A stretch of DNA of 64,000 nucleotides from Amoebidium appalachense (taxonomy: Eukaryota > Protista > Ichthyosporea), in contig CAVNZM010000005.1 in NCBI GenBank assembly GCA_963693365.1, forward strand, positions 5,959,167 through 6,023,166. Direction: 5' to 3'. The translations under genes were made by a program, and so were the position numbers. This document shows positions 51,349 to 64,000 of the stretch, piece by piece (the first letter of the stretch is position 1; each line of letters opens with the position of its first letter). The notes under the pieces are model-generated. The model was not told the DNA's origin and searched no databases. It saw only the letters and a list, made by a program, of their open reading frames with translations.

Positions 51349-52371
51349 GTGCACACAATATGGATCACTATGCTGCACGTGTTCTTTCTTTTGAATTCCA
51401 CCCTGTATCCACCTTCCCTTCAGCTGTCACTTTTTGCAGTCCTGATCTTACACTTCCTGTTCTCCCCCCCCCCCCCCCCCCCCCCCCCTCCCCCCCAACC
51501 TCTCTCTTGGTTCCCCTTCAGATGACTTTGCCCAAGTGGCCCACACATGCACATAGATCTGCACGCACTTCCACACACACGGACACATGCGCGCGCACGC
51601 GCGGTGGAGCTTCATTCTTTCGTTCCCATCTACCAGCGACATCTCTCTTCAGTGTTCTGTCTGGTTTTAGTGTATGCTCCGCGAGTTTGTGCTTGTGTGC
51701 GTGTGATTTTTCTGCTATGAGCACATTTTTCTGTGCTTTTTTTTGGCCTGCGAGTCGCACTGAACAACCAGTCCTCCCCCCCCCCACTCCTCCCCTTCTC
51801 CCCCCCCCCCCCCCCCCCCCACCCCCTCCCCTCTTGCTCCTCTCGGTTTCGACGTTTAATGGCTGAACATGCTGTACACTTGTTCAAGATAAGCGTGTAG
51901 GGGAGAGATCGGAAGACTTCGAATGGATGGTTTAGCTCTGTTCAGCTCACGAGCACATGCACTGTGAAAAGGGGACGGTAAGAGGGGGGGGGGGGGGGGG
52001 GGGGGGGGGGGAGAGAGAGAGAGAGAGAGAGAGAGATGTGGGTAACTCTTTTCGGTGGACTGGGACGGGTAGTAAGCAGGAGACAAAGATGGCACACAGA
52101 TAATGTGTGTTATGGAGTGTGCAAACAGCAGGTGCTTAGTAGTAGTCTAGGTGGGTGTGGAATCTGTCACTTTGTCACGCATTTCCCCGTCCCTTCCTTC
52201 CTCCGTGAGTTTTTCATACTGTGTAATCCCTCCCCCCCCCCCCCCCCCCCCCCCCCTTTCCCCCTGGCTCTGCTTATGATGCATGCTCTTTGTGTGTGCT
52301 CTGCAACTCCTGCAATGTTTTTCCCGTTGTGAACGTGTGTTTCCTGCTCTGTAACACATGCTACCCCCCTC

Positions 52372-52402
<31 letters not shown>

Positions 52403-52666
52403 ACACCCTCCCCCCCCCCCCCATTGCCTCTCCCCTCCCTCTTCTCCCTCCCCCACTCCCCAACACGCACACACACCAACTTGTAAATGTAGGCATGTGT
52501 GCTAGCGTGTCCGCGGTTGAGTCGTTACCAGTGTCTTCTTTTTTTGTTTTTGCATTTGCCTTTTGCATTCTCACTGTGGGCGCGCGATTAAGGCGTGGAT
52601 GTGTCCATGTGTGCCTGTGTGACATTGCCATTGGCCGAATGGTCTGTTTGTTCCACCGGAAAAGCG

Positions 52667-52699
<33 letters not shown>

Positions 52700-53492
52700 C
52701 TTCACTCCTCGCTTGATTATGTCACAGATGGGGGTACCCTATGTGACTGCGTACAAACGGGTGTCCCGAACTCTTGTGTGCACGTGCATTATTGTACTAA
52801 CTTACGATTTTTAACCCCAACACGTACAGCACACCAAGAGGAAGCACCCGGGTTTTATCCAACCGCAATCCGCCGTATCTGGGGTCCTATCATCGTCGAA
52901 CAGACCAGAGGACGAACAGTTTGAATTTTCAGATGAGAGCGACGATGGTGAGGGGGATTCTGGGGGGAAATGGGCGCACCAGGCGGGCAACAACGACTCA
53001 TACACGACGCTGGATTCCTTCGGGGGGAACTGGGACGACACGGGCAGTTGTCGGACTAGCGCTGATTCCGTGGGGGGTTCCATGGCGATGAACTCGCAAG
53101 GAAATTCCTCGTTCGACCCCCTCACTTTCCAGTTCGAGGTAAACGTGAAAGAGGAGAACACCGTGGGGATGGACATCGACGGGATGGCGATGGAGCGGAA
53201 TATCCCCGAGCCGGTGGTTGGAAATTTGGGGTTTGGGGGTCCTATGCAGAATTCGGCGCCCAGGGGGCGGTTTGCGTCCGAGGTGCCGCAACTCCCTACG
53301 GTGTATGCTGAGGACTGCATGGATATACCCGAAATAGAAAACGCGCTGAAATGCGGGGGGGCTCTGTCTGCTCTGAAGGGGTCACGGGACAGTTTTGGGG
53401 GTTTTTTCAGGTCGGCGAGGCACACCCCTTCGTACGATCTCATTTACAACGACTTGAGAAACGCTACTGGTAGTTCGAATTTGGTTTGCTGA
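50711..53492 (+). CDS. Single C2H2 zinc-finger transcription factor
   Basis: Exons 50711-51082 and 52830-53492 splice in frame to KKPRRRRTYAELNRDFVCAYNRCTRKYATLHSLNQ/HTKRKH. The intron splits the finger before the His pair; the C-terminal region is acidic. Confidence 0.85.
52265..52363 (+). mobile_element. Degenerate short copy of the poly(C)-tailed element
   Basis: ggctctgcttatgatgcatgctctttgtgtgtgc... between C-runs in the zinc-finger gene intron. Confidence 0.55.
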
Positions 53493-54171
53493 GGCGTGGC
53501 TATACCAACACCGAGATACGCTTTCATGTAGGTAGCTTATTTGTGTCCGTCTTTAACCCCCCATTTATGAGTATTTTCATTGTACATGGTTGGCATCAAG
53601 GGTACCGCTTTAACGGTTGCCAAAACATGAGGGGAGGGGGGGGGGGGGGGGGGGGGGGTAATTTCGTTTTCTTTTCTTTTTTTTTTCTTTTTTTTCTTTT
53701 TCAATGTATAGTTCTCACCAGTTTCCGCCCACTTTCCTCCACTCTCCTCAAATACGGCCAGCGGTATTAGATAGATTTAGGGCCACTCAGCACGCTTGCG
53801 TTACCTGCGTGTATAAGTTTTCATGTACAGATAGCACATTATAGTGGTTTTCATCTGGCAGCTCCCTCTGTTTTTCTGAGTTTCTTCCTTTCTCCCGCTG
53901 GGCAGAAAAAGCCGACCGTGTATAGTGTAGAAGCGGGAAATGTGGGTTGCAGTTGTGAACGTACACAACTCAATATACAAAATGGAAGGGAAAATTGAAC
54001 GCAACTAAAGGGAAAGGGGGCGGTGCTGTACCTTTTATTATTCCATGTATACAGTATGAGTTGAGTGTAGAATCATGTGCGTGGAAACCCGCGGGCGCTC
54101 GTTTTCACACATGGTTAAATATATTATTAATTAGTGTACGTGAAATCTAATAATAACGTGTGTCGTGTCGG

Positions 54172-54173
<2 letters not shown>

Positions 54174-54221
<48 letters not shown>

Positions 54222-54455
54222 CGTCATCCTCTCTCTCTCCCCCTCTCTCCCTCCCTCCCTCTGTCTCTCTCTCACCTTCCCCCTCTGCTCTCTCCCTCCC
54301 TCTCTCTCCCTCCCTATCCCTCTCCCTCCCTCTCTCTCTCTCTCTCTCCCCGACTCTCCCCCTCCCCCTCTCTCTCACACACACTCTCTCTCACTCTCAC
54401 TTTCTCTCTCTCTCTCCCCCCCCCCCTCCCCCTCTCTCTCTCTCTCTCCCCATCT

Positions 54456-54509
<54 letters not shown>

Positions 54510-54584
54510 AAGTTTCTCCCCCCCGCCCCCTCCCCCTTCCCCCCCCCGCCCTCCCCTCTCTACCTTTAGATCGCTCCGTAGTTA

Positions 54585-54663
<79 letters not shown>

Positions 54664-54682
54664 ACATGTGTGTGTGTGTGTG
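54174..54682. repeat. Compound (TC)n/(TA)n/(TG)n microsatellite block
   Basis: Direct observation; pure (TA)n at ~54459-54507. Confidence 0.9.
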
Positions 54683-55530
54683 TGTTCACCTATGTTGAAA
54701 CTTTGCACTTGTGTGTGAGTGTGTAGGTGTACAAGGGCAGAGGGTCTGCACGTGTGTACGAGCAGACTGTGTGCCCACCTGAGCTTTGACACATTTGGTG
54801 TTTGGAAATTCAAAATAGAAACTTTATTCTGAGGAGGAAGGAAGTGTACGTATACTTGCGCTCGATCGCGAGTCATGTTTTGTCCACGTAAAAGCGTGTT
54901 AAGTACGTGTCTACTCATCGTGAGTCGTGTGTGTATGCACGTGTATGCATGCGGTCGCGTGCGTGCGTGCGTGTGTGTGTACATTTGTGTGTATATGATT
55001 CCGAGAGATGGGTGGCCAGAGAGAGCGTGTGTGTCACCATATGCACCGTGACCTGTGTGTGTTTTTTCTGAACCTGCCTAGCCTAGTCACACTGGATATA
55101 GGAGGTCGCGATAGCCGGAACATGTACAAATCTTTGCGTGATATATTATAGTTTGGCGAAACTTTGGCAGCTAGCTTAGCCTGTGAAAACAATTGCACAT
55201 GTCTATGTAGTACACATACGAATCCACTAGTGATCGACCAGTGCGCTTTAGCTGTACGCGTTCGGAGCTGAGAGTGCACTGTTTACATGTTACATGCACA
55301 CATGCGTACAAGCGCAAATGCCGGACGGGAACGAGACCTGATATAGACAGGGGCCCGCAGTTGCTGTCTGAGCGGCTGTGTGGGTGTACGTGCACGTTTG
55401 ATTCGAGTGATACGGCATATATGAGAGACGGCATGTGGATCCGGATGAGTGAGCCTCTCGCTCGACTCATGAGCTCGAGCTTGAGGGAGGGATCCGGAAG
55501 GGAGCTAATATTTGCGCTATCCCGGGTGCC

Positions 55531-55565
<35 letters not shown>

Positions 55566-55630
55566 TGTGTGTGTGTGTGTGTGTGTGTGTGGTGGTGGTG
55601 GTGGTGGGGGGGGGGGGGTGGGGGGGGGGT

Positions 55631-55673
<43 letters not shown>

Positions 55674-56438
55674 ACTATATGCATTCGCAATGATATTGGC
55701 CGGAGAGGTGTGGGGTATAGGTGTTTCGCATATGCTTGCAGAATATCTTCACGGGATTGAGTTAGTAAAATGAGATGTGCGTGCGCACGCATCTGGTGTA
55801 GGAGTACATGCATGTGCGCAAGCATGCGCATGCGCTGCTGTGTGTACATGTTCGTGTTTTTGTGTGTGTGGTGTTTTGTCTGTTGATGAATGCCAAGAAA
55901 GAAAGAGAAGGCGGGAGTCGCCGCAATGAAACGACCAAGACCTCCTAATCATCGCATAATAACTTGGTTTGTGTAAACCACGGCCCTCTAGAATTACACC
56001 GCACGCGTGGTGTTGCCCAAGACTCAGCCTTCTCCGACCAGCGGAGAGGGGCAGAAGTTCACCCCAGATCGGGTTTGTTTTTTTCGCGCCAAAATCAAAG
56101 TCCTAGCATACGATTGGTCAGTTTTCGCGGCAGGACACACCCTAGATCATGCTTCTCACAGCTTTGTTGCCTGGGGAGAGAGTCAAACACTCGGTTGTGC
56201 GGGGGTTTCGGTTTACGTATTCATATTTCAGTGTTCCGTGTTCCGTGTTTTCATAGTTGACGAATAGAGACTAACAACAAGGGTCTAATATTGCTCCTCT
56301 TTCAGCGCACCTACCTTGTGGTTGTTTATTCTCTGTCTCACATCATCCACGGTTCATTACCTTACTCTTTCTACTCCATTATTCTGCTCTCGCTGGTAAA
56401 CCTCTCCGTTTACGTTATCATTTATTTTCAACGAAAAA

Positions 56439-56635
56439 ATGTCTCTGTGGGTTGACAAACACCGCCCTACGTCGCTGGACAAGCTGGATTACCACACCGA
56501 CCAGGCCTCACAGCTAAAACAGCTGGTAGGTGTGGTGTGGGCTTGCCTGTCCGACCTTGTCAGACACACACACACACGCGCGCACGCTTGCACGCACGCA
56601 CCCACACCCACATCCACCCACCCACCCACCCGCAC

Positions 56636-56701
<66 letters not shown>

Positions 56702-58711
56702 ACACACGCACACACGGACACACACACACACACACCACACACAGACAAACAAAATACACAGACACACACGCACCCACGCACCCACGCACGCACGCACCCA
56801 CCCACACAAACACCCACCCACCCACCCACCCACCCACCCACCCACCCACCCACCCACCCACCCACACACGCACGCACGCGTGCCACCACGTACACCTAAA
56901 AGCAGGGGTACACGTGCATTCACACTCCCTGTTTAATGTATACGCACATGCCTGCTTCTATCGTGCAGCCCACATCGTATTGTTCAGTTTTGGAGGTAAA
57001 ACTAACACAAGTTTCCAAAAATACCCCATGTGAACACAAGTGCCTCAGGCAGCCCAATTGCCGCACGATTTCTTGATGTTTTGTTCACTAAGTTTTGCTT
57101 GAGTAGTGTTGACTAACCACGTGAAGGAACCCGCAAGGGGAAATAACATTTGTGCCCCCCCCCCCCCCCCCCCCCCTCTCCCCCCCCTCCCCAGCCCCCA
57201 ATTACCACCCCCTTTAGGCAGCAAAGGCTAAACACTGCTTCATGCTCACACTTACAGCACGTAGTGGCCAACTTCCTGCTTCCATGACGTCCTATTTCCC
57301 CCCCTCCTCCCCCCCCCCCCCCCTCCCCCTCCCCCCTCCCCCCCTCCCTTTCCCCCCCTTGCCCTCTTCTCTAGCACCCTTACTCACCCTTCACCTCTCT
57401 CTCCCCTCTCCTCCCCCTCTCTGGCGCACACTCCGATCAATGTCGATCTTTCCGCTTTGCCCGCTCCATACACACAGACATTAGACTATCCCCCCCTCCC
57501 CTCCCTCCTCCTCCCTCCCCCTTCTTCCCTCCCTCCCCCTCCCTGCCCTCCCGCCCCCGGGCCCACCTTCATCTCCTCCCCCTTCCTCCTAACAACACAT
57601 AACCCACAAAATCATACACACATCCCCTCCCCCCCCCCCCCCCCTCCCCCTCCCCGCCGTCCCCCCAGCACACATCCGTTCATCCCCATATGCATCCACC
57701 AGGACCCACACTCATATTTAACCCTACTCAGGTGAAGAGCGGAGACTTTCCCCACATTCTTGTTCACGGCCCGTCCGGGGCAGGAAAGAGAACAAGAATT
57801 ATGTGCCTGCTGAGGGAACTGTATGGGCCTGGTGTTGAAAAGGTGCAAAATCCTTCAGGGGGAAAAAAAAAGGCCCCGGGGGGGGAGGAGGGGGGGGAGG
57901 AGGGAGAATGGGAGAGTGGGAGGGGGGTTAGTTGTGTGTTTGCGCAAATGGGCAGGTGGATGAGGGGAGGGGAGGTTGAGGGGGTTGGGAGTTGGGGGTT
58001 TAAGGGAGGAGGGGGGAGGGGAGGGGGGAGGGGCAGGCTGAACTACTTTCTACGTCTGCAACTGGTTGGAGCACGAATGGTGGTGTTGTGGGGTGTATGT
58101 GTGTGTGTGTGGCGCCGTCCGGGGGGAGGGAGGGGAGGGGGGGGGGAGGGGAGGGGGGAGGGAGGGGGGGGGGGAAGGGAGGAGGGGGGGGGGGGGGGGA
58201 GAAGGGATTGAATTGATGGGACGGGGTTGTGTAAGCGCCTGTTATTGATACAGACGAGGCATCCGTGTATGTGTTCATCGCAGATGGCTGTGTGGCTCTG
58301 TACGTACAAGTGTGTATGCCTTGGCGAAGGGGTGTGTGTGCATGTCTATGCACAATGTGCGCTTGCATAGATGTGCGTATCAGTGTGTGTGTATGTGTGT
58401 GCCGGTATGCGTATGCGCGCGTGTGTGTATGCATGTGTGTGCCGGTGTGTATGTGTGTGCATGTGTGTGCCGGTGTGTGTATGTGTATGTGTATGTGTGT
58501 GTGTGCACGGTGGTGTGCATGTCCATACGGTTTATATACGGTGTGTATCTGTGGGTATGAAACTAATTGCCTGTGCCCATATATTGTTTGCTTAGCCGGT
58601 AGTTAATGAATGTCAATCCCGATCACTGACCCTTTCTCTCTTCAATTCAACAGATCAAGATAGACCAAAAGCAGTTCACGGTGAGCCTCCCCCTCCCCCC
58701 CCCCCCCCCCC

Positions 58712-58760
<49 letters not shown>

Positions 58761-58932
58761 ACACACACATTCCCTTCTCCCACTCCCCTTCCCCCTTCCC
58801 CCTTTCCCATGTTCACCCCTTTTGACATGTCATGATGTTGTCTTCTAGATCCATGTTTTACATGTTGGATTCTACATCACATGGTACTACTACTTTATCT
58901 GTTTGTGTGATGTGTTGTCCCTTGCACTGCAA

Positions 58933-58968
<36 letters not shown>

Positions 58969-60095
58969 CCCACCCACCCATGCACCCACCCACCCACCCA
59001 CCCACACATGCCCTTTCCTTCTCACCAACCCCCTCAATTCCTTCCCTCCCGTCTCCCCTCACACCCCCTGCCATCTCCCCCCTTCCCCCATTCCCTACCC
59101 CCTCCCTACCCCTCCCCCTCCCCCCAGGCCATCTCCCCCCTTCCCCTTTCCACGCAGACAGGCCCCTCCCCACGCACACATACACACACCCACCCACCCA
59201 CCCCATCTCTCGACTGTTTCCCATTCTCTAATTTCACCCTTTCTGGGTCTTAGCCTGCCATCGTTAAACATGTTTCCGTACCCATAGTGCTGCTACAGGG
59301 TTTTGCAGACAAACAAGCATCCACCCCCCATCATCCCCACTCCCCCCCCCCCCCCCCTCCCTACCCCCTCCCCCCTCCCCCCTCCCCCCTTCCCTCCCCC
59401 CCCCCCCCCCCCCCCCCCCCACTCCCTGCCCTCCCCCTCCCCTTGCCAACCCACCCACCCGACCCTCCCTCCTTTCACCCGCTCCACGCACATATTCTAA
59501 CAAATCCCCCCCCCTCGCAGACACCCAAGAAACAAAAAGTTGACGTGACGACCGTATCAAGCAATTACCACATCGAATTCAACCCCAGGTGTGTCATTAT
59601 GAACCTGAACTGAGGTCTTGATAAGTTCGAGGGTTTCATATTGCCCTTTGCGCTGCATGCGCAAAGCATTGATCGATTTGACCGATTTGATATCCTCGAG
59701 CATATAAAGTGATATGAGATGAGGGGGTCATTTTGTGCGGAGTATGAATGCAGCCAACTTCTGCTTCGCTTCTTTGATACGATCGAGGCTTTCACGTTGG
59801 CAGGATCCCCAACTTGTCTCGGGCAACGCTTCGTGATTAGAAATCCTCTATTGGATTGACCTCTTTGGGGGCTTTCATTGGATATCAGGGAGGATATGCT
59901 ATGTATATGCTGTATGTTGTCTGTCTGTTCGCTTCTGTATTCGACCTTCTCGACTTTTAACCTATTGACACGTACGACCCCCCCCCCCCCCCCCCTCCCT
60001 CCCCCCCCCCCCCCCCCCCCCCCCTTCCCCTCCATCTCCCTGCAGTTTCCCTCCCTCTCCATCGTTTCCTCCTTTTCCCTCTCCCTCCATAGCAT

Positions 60096-60136
<41 letters not shown>

Positions 60137-60613
60137 AAAAGAAAGAAAGAAAAAAAGCTACCTTCACCACCCCCGACAACCCCCTTCTTCGTTTACCACG
60201 TTTAGTAACACAACAACAACAACTATTATTAGTCACAAGACACTAAAACTCAACAACAAAAAACTGCATAACTCACACGCACCCAATTTACCCACAGTGA
60301 GGTGGGTCTTCGTGACTGCTTTGTGATTCAGGCCCTCTTGAAGGAGATTGCACAGACACAGCAACTGGATGCTAGCTCCCAAAAGGCTTTCAAAGGTATT
60401 ATCCCCCCCCCCTCCCCCTCCCCGCCCCAAAGGATGGACTCTAAATAAGAGACAAACTCCTTGTGTATGACCCCCCTTCCCCTCCCCCTCCCCCTTTATG
60501 TATGATTTGTGCTCGGCATTGTGTTGTCCGTGAATGTGTACTTTATTCTCTATGACACATTCAACCCCCCCCCCCCCCCCCCCCCCCCACCCCCTCTTTT
60601 TTTTTTTTTTTAA

Positions 60614-60663
<50 letters not shown>

Positions 60664-61044
60664 GGGGGGAGAGGGGGGAGGGTAGAGAATCTGTGTTGTT
60701 TTGTTAGCCTGAGAAAGAATGTGTAGCTCGTGTTCTGTAGCATTTTCTATCCAACCCCCCCCCCCCCCCCCCCCCCCCCCCACAACACCCCCTCGGGTAC
60801 TGTGGATGATGTGCCCCCCCCCCTGAGGATGGGCTCTGCTTATTATGCATACTCTTTATGTATGGCTTGCATTCTGCATCGTGTTATCCGTTTGTTCTTG
60901 TGTACTTCGTACTTTTTGACACATTCAAACCCCCCCCTCCCCGCCCCCCCCAACACACACACCCCACACACACACCCCGGCTCTCTCTTCTTCCTGCTTC
61001 TCCCACTTTGTAGTGTTACTGGATGCATCCTTACCCCCCCCCCC

Positions 61045-61075
<31 letters not shown>

Positions 61076-61117
61076 ACATGCGCGCGTGCGCTTGCACGCA
61101 CGCGCGCGCGCGCGCGC

Positions 61118-61186
<69 letters not shown>

Positions 61187-62498
61187 GGTTGTGCTTCATG
61201 AGACGGACAAGCTGAGCAGGGAGGCACAGGCAGCCCTCCGTCGGACGATGGAGAAATATGTGGCCACGTGCAGACTGGTGTTGTGCTGCAACTCCTCCAG
61301 CAGGGTAGGTTTTAACGTTAAATTTAAATTTTAACCTCAGTGTTAATGTTAATTTGGATGAATGGATTAAAAATTACAGGTCATATTGGCTGTGCTGTGC
61401 TACTATGCCTCCAACTGGATAGGTTTTAACGTTGGATCTTTTAAATTATACTAAAGCGTTAAGGTCAACTAAAAAGGAGGAATGAGTTAATAGGATATAC
61501 AAGAGGTAAATTGGAATTAATGGTAGGTGCTGTGCTGCAAATTGTCCAGCAGGGTAGGTTTAGCGTTAATTTTTTTAAGGTTTTAAAGTTAAGTTTATCG
61601 TAAAGGTCCATTGAAAGCTGTTTGAAAGATTGAATGAAAAGATAAGAGATTATTACGGACTGTTGGTTGGTGCAGGTGCTGTGCTGCAACTTGTCTTACA
61701 GGGTGGGTTCTAAAGTTATATTTTGATAAATTTTACTAAAGTGTTAATCTCACCATTTTGATCACTGTGAATCCCGGTGTCTATGCAATAGGTGCAGCCT
61801 TTAATGTCTGATTCTTTCCTGCTAAAACAACTCACGAGGCTTGCACGTACCCATCCTCATTCCATTCAATATAACTTGCTCCCCCCCCCTCCCCCCCCCC
61901 CCCCCCCCCCAAAAAAAAAAAAAAAATCCAGACACACACACACACACCCTCCTCTCCCCTTCTTCCGCGACGTGACGCCATACACATAGACGCTCACACT
62001 CCCTGGTATCGTTACAGAGATAGAAGGGGGGGGGGGGGGGGGGGGGGGGGGGGAGGAGGAGGGGAGGCCGAGGGGCAGGGGCTGAAGGTGGGGGGTATGG
62101 GAGGGGGGGGGGAGGGGGGGGGGGGGGGGGGGGGGGGGGCTTCTTGCTGACTATGACGTGCAGGTATTGGCACCAATCAGAAGTCGTTGCTTGCACATCA
62201 GAGTGGCTGCACCGACTGAGGAGCAGGTGTGTGTGTGTGTGCGGGCGGGCGGCCGGGCGGCCGGGCGGGCAGGCGGCCGGGCGGCCGGCCGGGCGGGCGG
62301 CCGGGCGCGAGCGTGTGCATATTTGTGGTGTGTGTCCGTGTGTGTATGTGCGTGCGTGTGTGTGTATGTGAGTGGATGGGTAGGCAATGGTTGACGGGAG
62401 GGGTCGTGGCCTGGGAGAGGGAGGGGGGGGGGGGGGGGGGGGGGGAGAGAGAGGGTGGGGGGGAGGGGGGGATTTGGACTGAGGGCTGGGGGGAGGGT

Positions 62499-62536
<38 letters not shown>

Positions 62537-62977
62537 CTATAAGTGTACTCAAGGAATTTCCCATGCAGCAAGGGCTTTCTGTCTAGACCCAATACTTCTG
62601 TATGTGCTCTGCATTGTGTTATCCGCCATGAAGGTGTACTTGGCATTCTACAACGTTTTCTAACCACCCCTCCCCCCCCCCCCCTCCCCCCTCCCCTCCC
62701 CCCCCCTCCCCCCCCCTCTCTTCGCACTCACTCCCCCCCCCCCCCCCCACACACACACCCCCCCCCCCCCCCCCCCCCCCCTACTCCCCCCTCCCCCCCC
62801 CTCACCTTTCCCCCCCCCCACCCCCCACACACACACACAGATTGCCAAGATTGTTCAGACTGTGTGCAAGAAGGAGAACCTACCCATGCCCGATGCACTT
62901 GCACGTAAGATTGCTGCCAACAGTGAAAGGAACCTCCGGAGGGCCCTCCTGGCTGCTGAGGCCTGCAGGGTGCAGCA
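56439..62977 (+). CDS. RFC3: Replication factor C subunit 3 (yeast Rfc5 orthologue), 3' end beyond the window
   Basis: Exons 56439-56525, 57732-57842, 58654-58680, 59521-59588, 60298-60395, 61186-61304, 62164-62226, 62841-62977. Motifs: [67 protein letters not shown]. Confidence 0.96.
60793..60929 (+). mobile_element. Poly(C)-tailed retroelement copy, subfamily A, in an RFC3 intron
   Basis: tcgggtactgtggatga...acattcaaa+Cn, nearly identical to the CPOX-intron copies. Degenerate relatives lie at ~60429-60565 and ~62590-62665. Confidence 0.85.
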
Positions 62978-62990
62978 GTACGTAGAACCC

Positions 62991-63028
<38 letters not shown>

Positions 63029-63030
<2 letters not shown>

Positions 63031-63820
63031 ACCGGGCATGGTTGCTCCATGTCGTGCATCTGTAAGCACATACCCATTTTTCGCTGCGCTGCATCAGTTT
63101 GCACACACAAACTCACCGTTTTGCTCACCTTGCTTGCATAAGCAACCCTGCTCGTCTTTGATCAAGACGGGTTGACCATCCCAAGTTCAGTTGATGCTGC
63201 TGTCTGAGTTGGAGAGTCGTATATATGCGGGGCTAAAAGGTCGAAACTCAGACGCAATTGATGACTTGGGCCCTCCCTGAGGATGGGATCTGCTTATGAC
63301 GCATACTGTGCACATTGCTGATATTGCATACTTGAATATTTGCCTTTGCATGTGTCCTGCACCATGCTTCTCATCGTGTATGCGTACTTCGTACCGTGTT
63401 CCGCATTCAAACCCCCCCCCCCCCCCCCCCCCCCCGACCGCTTTACTTCCATGCAACCAAACATGGTTGCTCTGTGTCGTGCATCTGTAAGCACATATGC
63501 ATTTTCCGCTGCACTGCATTAGTTTGCACACACATATTCACCGTTTTGCTCACCTTGCTTGCATAAGCAACCCTGCTCGTCTTTGATCAAGACGGGTTGA
63601 CCCTCCCAAGTTCAGTTGATGCTGCTGTCTGAGTTGGAGAGTCGTATATACGCGGGCTAAGGGGTCGAAACTCAGACGCAATTGATGACTTGGGCCCTCC
63701 CTGAGGATGGGCTCTGCTTATGACGCATACTGTGCGCATGGCTGATGTTGCATACTTGAATGTTTGCCTTTGCATGTGTCCTTCGTGTATGCGTACTTCG
63801 TACCGTGTTCCGCATTCAAA
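63029..63820 (+). mobile_element. Two tandem subfamily-B copies (63029-63411, 63436-63820) separated and flanked by poly(C)
   Basis: Both contain gcataagcaaccctgctcgtctttgatcaagacggg...ggtcgaaactcagacgc...ccctgaggatggg and end ccgcattcaaa+Cn. Confidence 0.88.
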
Positions 63821-64000
63821 CCCCCCTCCCCCCTCTCTCCCCCCTCCCCCCTCCCCCTTCTTTCTTCCTCCCCTCTCCCCCCCCCCTCTCCCACTTCGGT
63901 CTCTGCCTCTCTTCCCCATCCCCCCCGCCCCTCCTCCCCTTTTGGTGATCAACCCACGTGTATCTTAAGCCGTAACGGATTCCTGATGAATAGTGTCTGA

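Noticed and set aside
54700-55952. Possible minus-strand gene divergent from RFC3
   Set aside because: Short ORFs with no recognisable motif; the splice model was not closed.
63590-63670. HDV-like ribozyme (GGCTAAGGGG / GGTGAATGGGAC resemble J4/2-P2)
   Set aside because: No P3/L3/P1.1 or 7-bp P1 could be built, and subfamily A lacks C at the would-be catalytic position.

Overview
Intron-rich eukaryotic DNA, not prokaryotic. Most of the ORF track is artefact from (CA)n, (TC)n and poly-C/poly-G tracts. Manual splice reconstruction gives seven genes: a MEIOB-like OB-fold protein (-, partial), an NDUFV3-like complex I subunit (+), an NBR1-like PB1-ZZ-FW-LIR autophagy receptor lacking UBA (-), a trihelix/Myb-SANT factor (-), coproporphyrinogen III oxidase (+, 13 exons, one GC-AG intron), a single-C2H2 zinc-finger protein (+) and RFC3 (+, runs off the end). 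Gene content suggests a unicellular holozoan, possibly an ichthyosporean; this is inference only. Mobile DNA includes a 5'-truncated poly(A)-tailed LINE with an 11-bp TSD, a 454-bp foldback and a TTAA-flanked MITE. The most striking signal is a family of at least 14 intronic, 5'-truncated retroelement copies. They share one 3' end (...GCATTCAAA) followed by poly(C) rather than poly(A), usually sit between C-runs, and carry a covarying multi-helix pseudoknotted 3' RNA domain. They occupy a strand-specific intron architecture with C-runs just after 5' splice sites and (CA)n directly before many 3' AGs. Three genes need a 1-nt correction in a G/C homopolymer, most likely assembly error.
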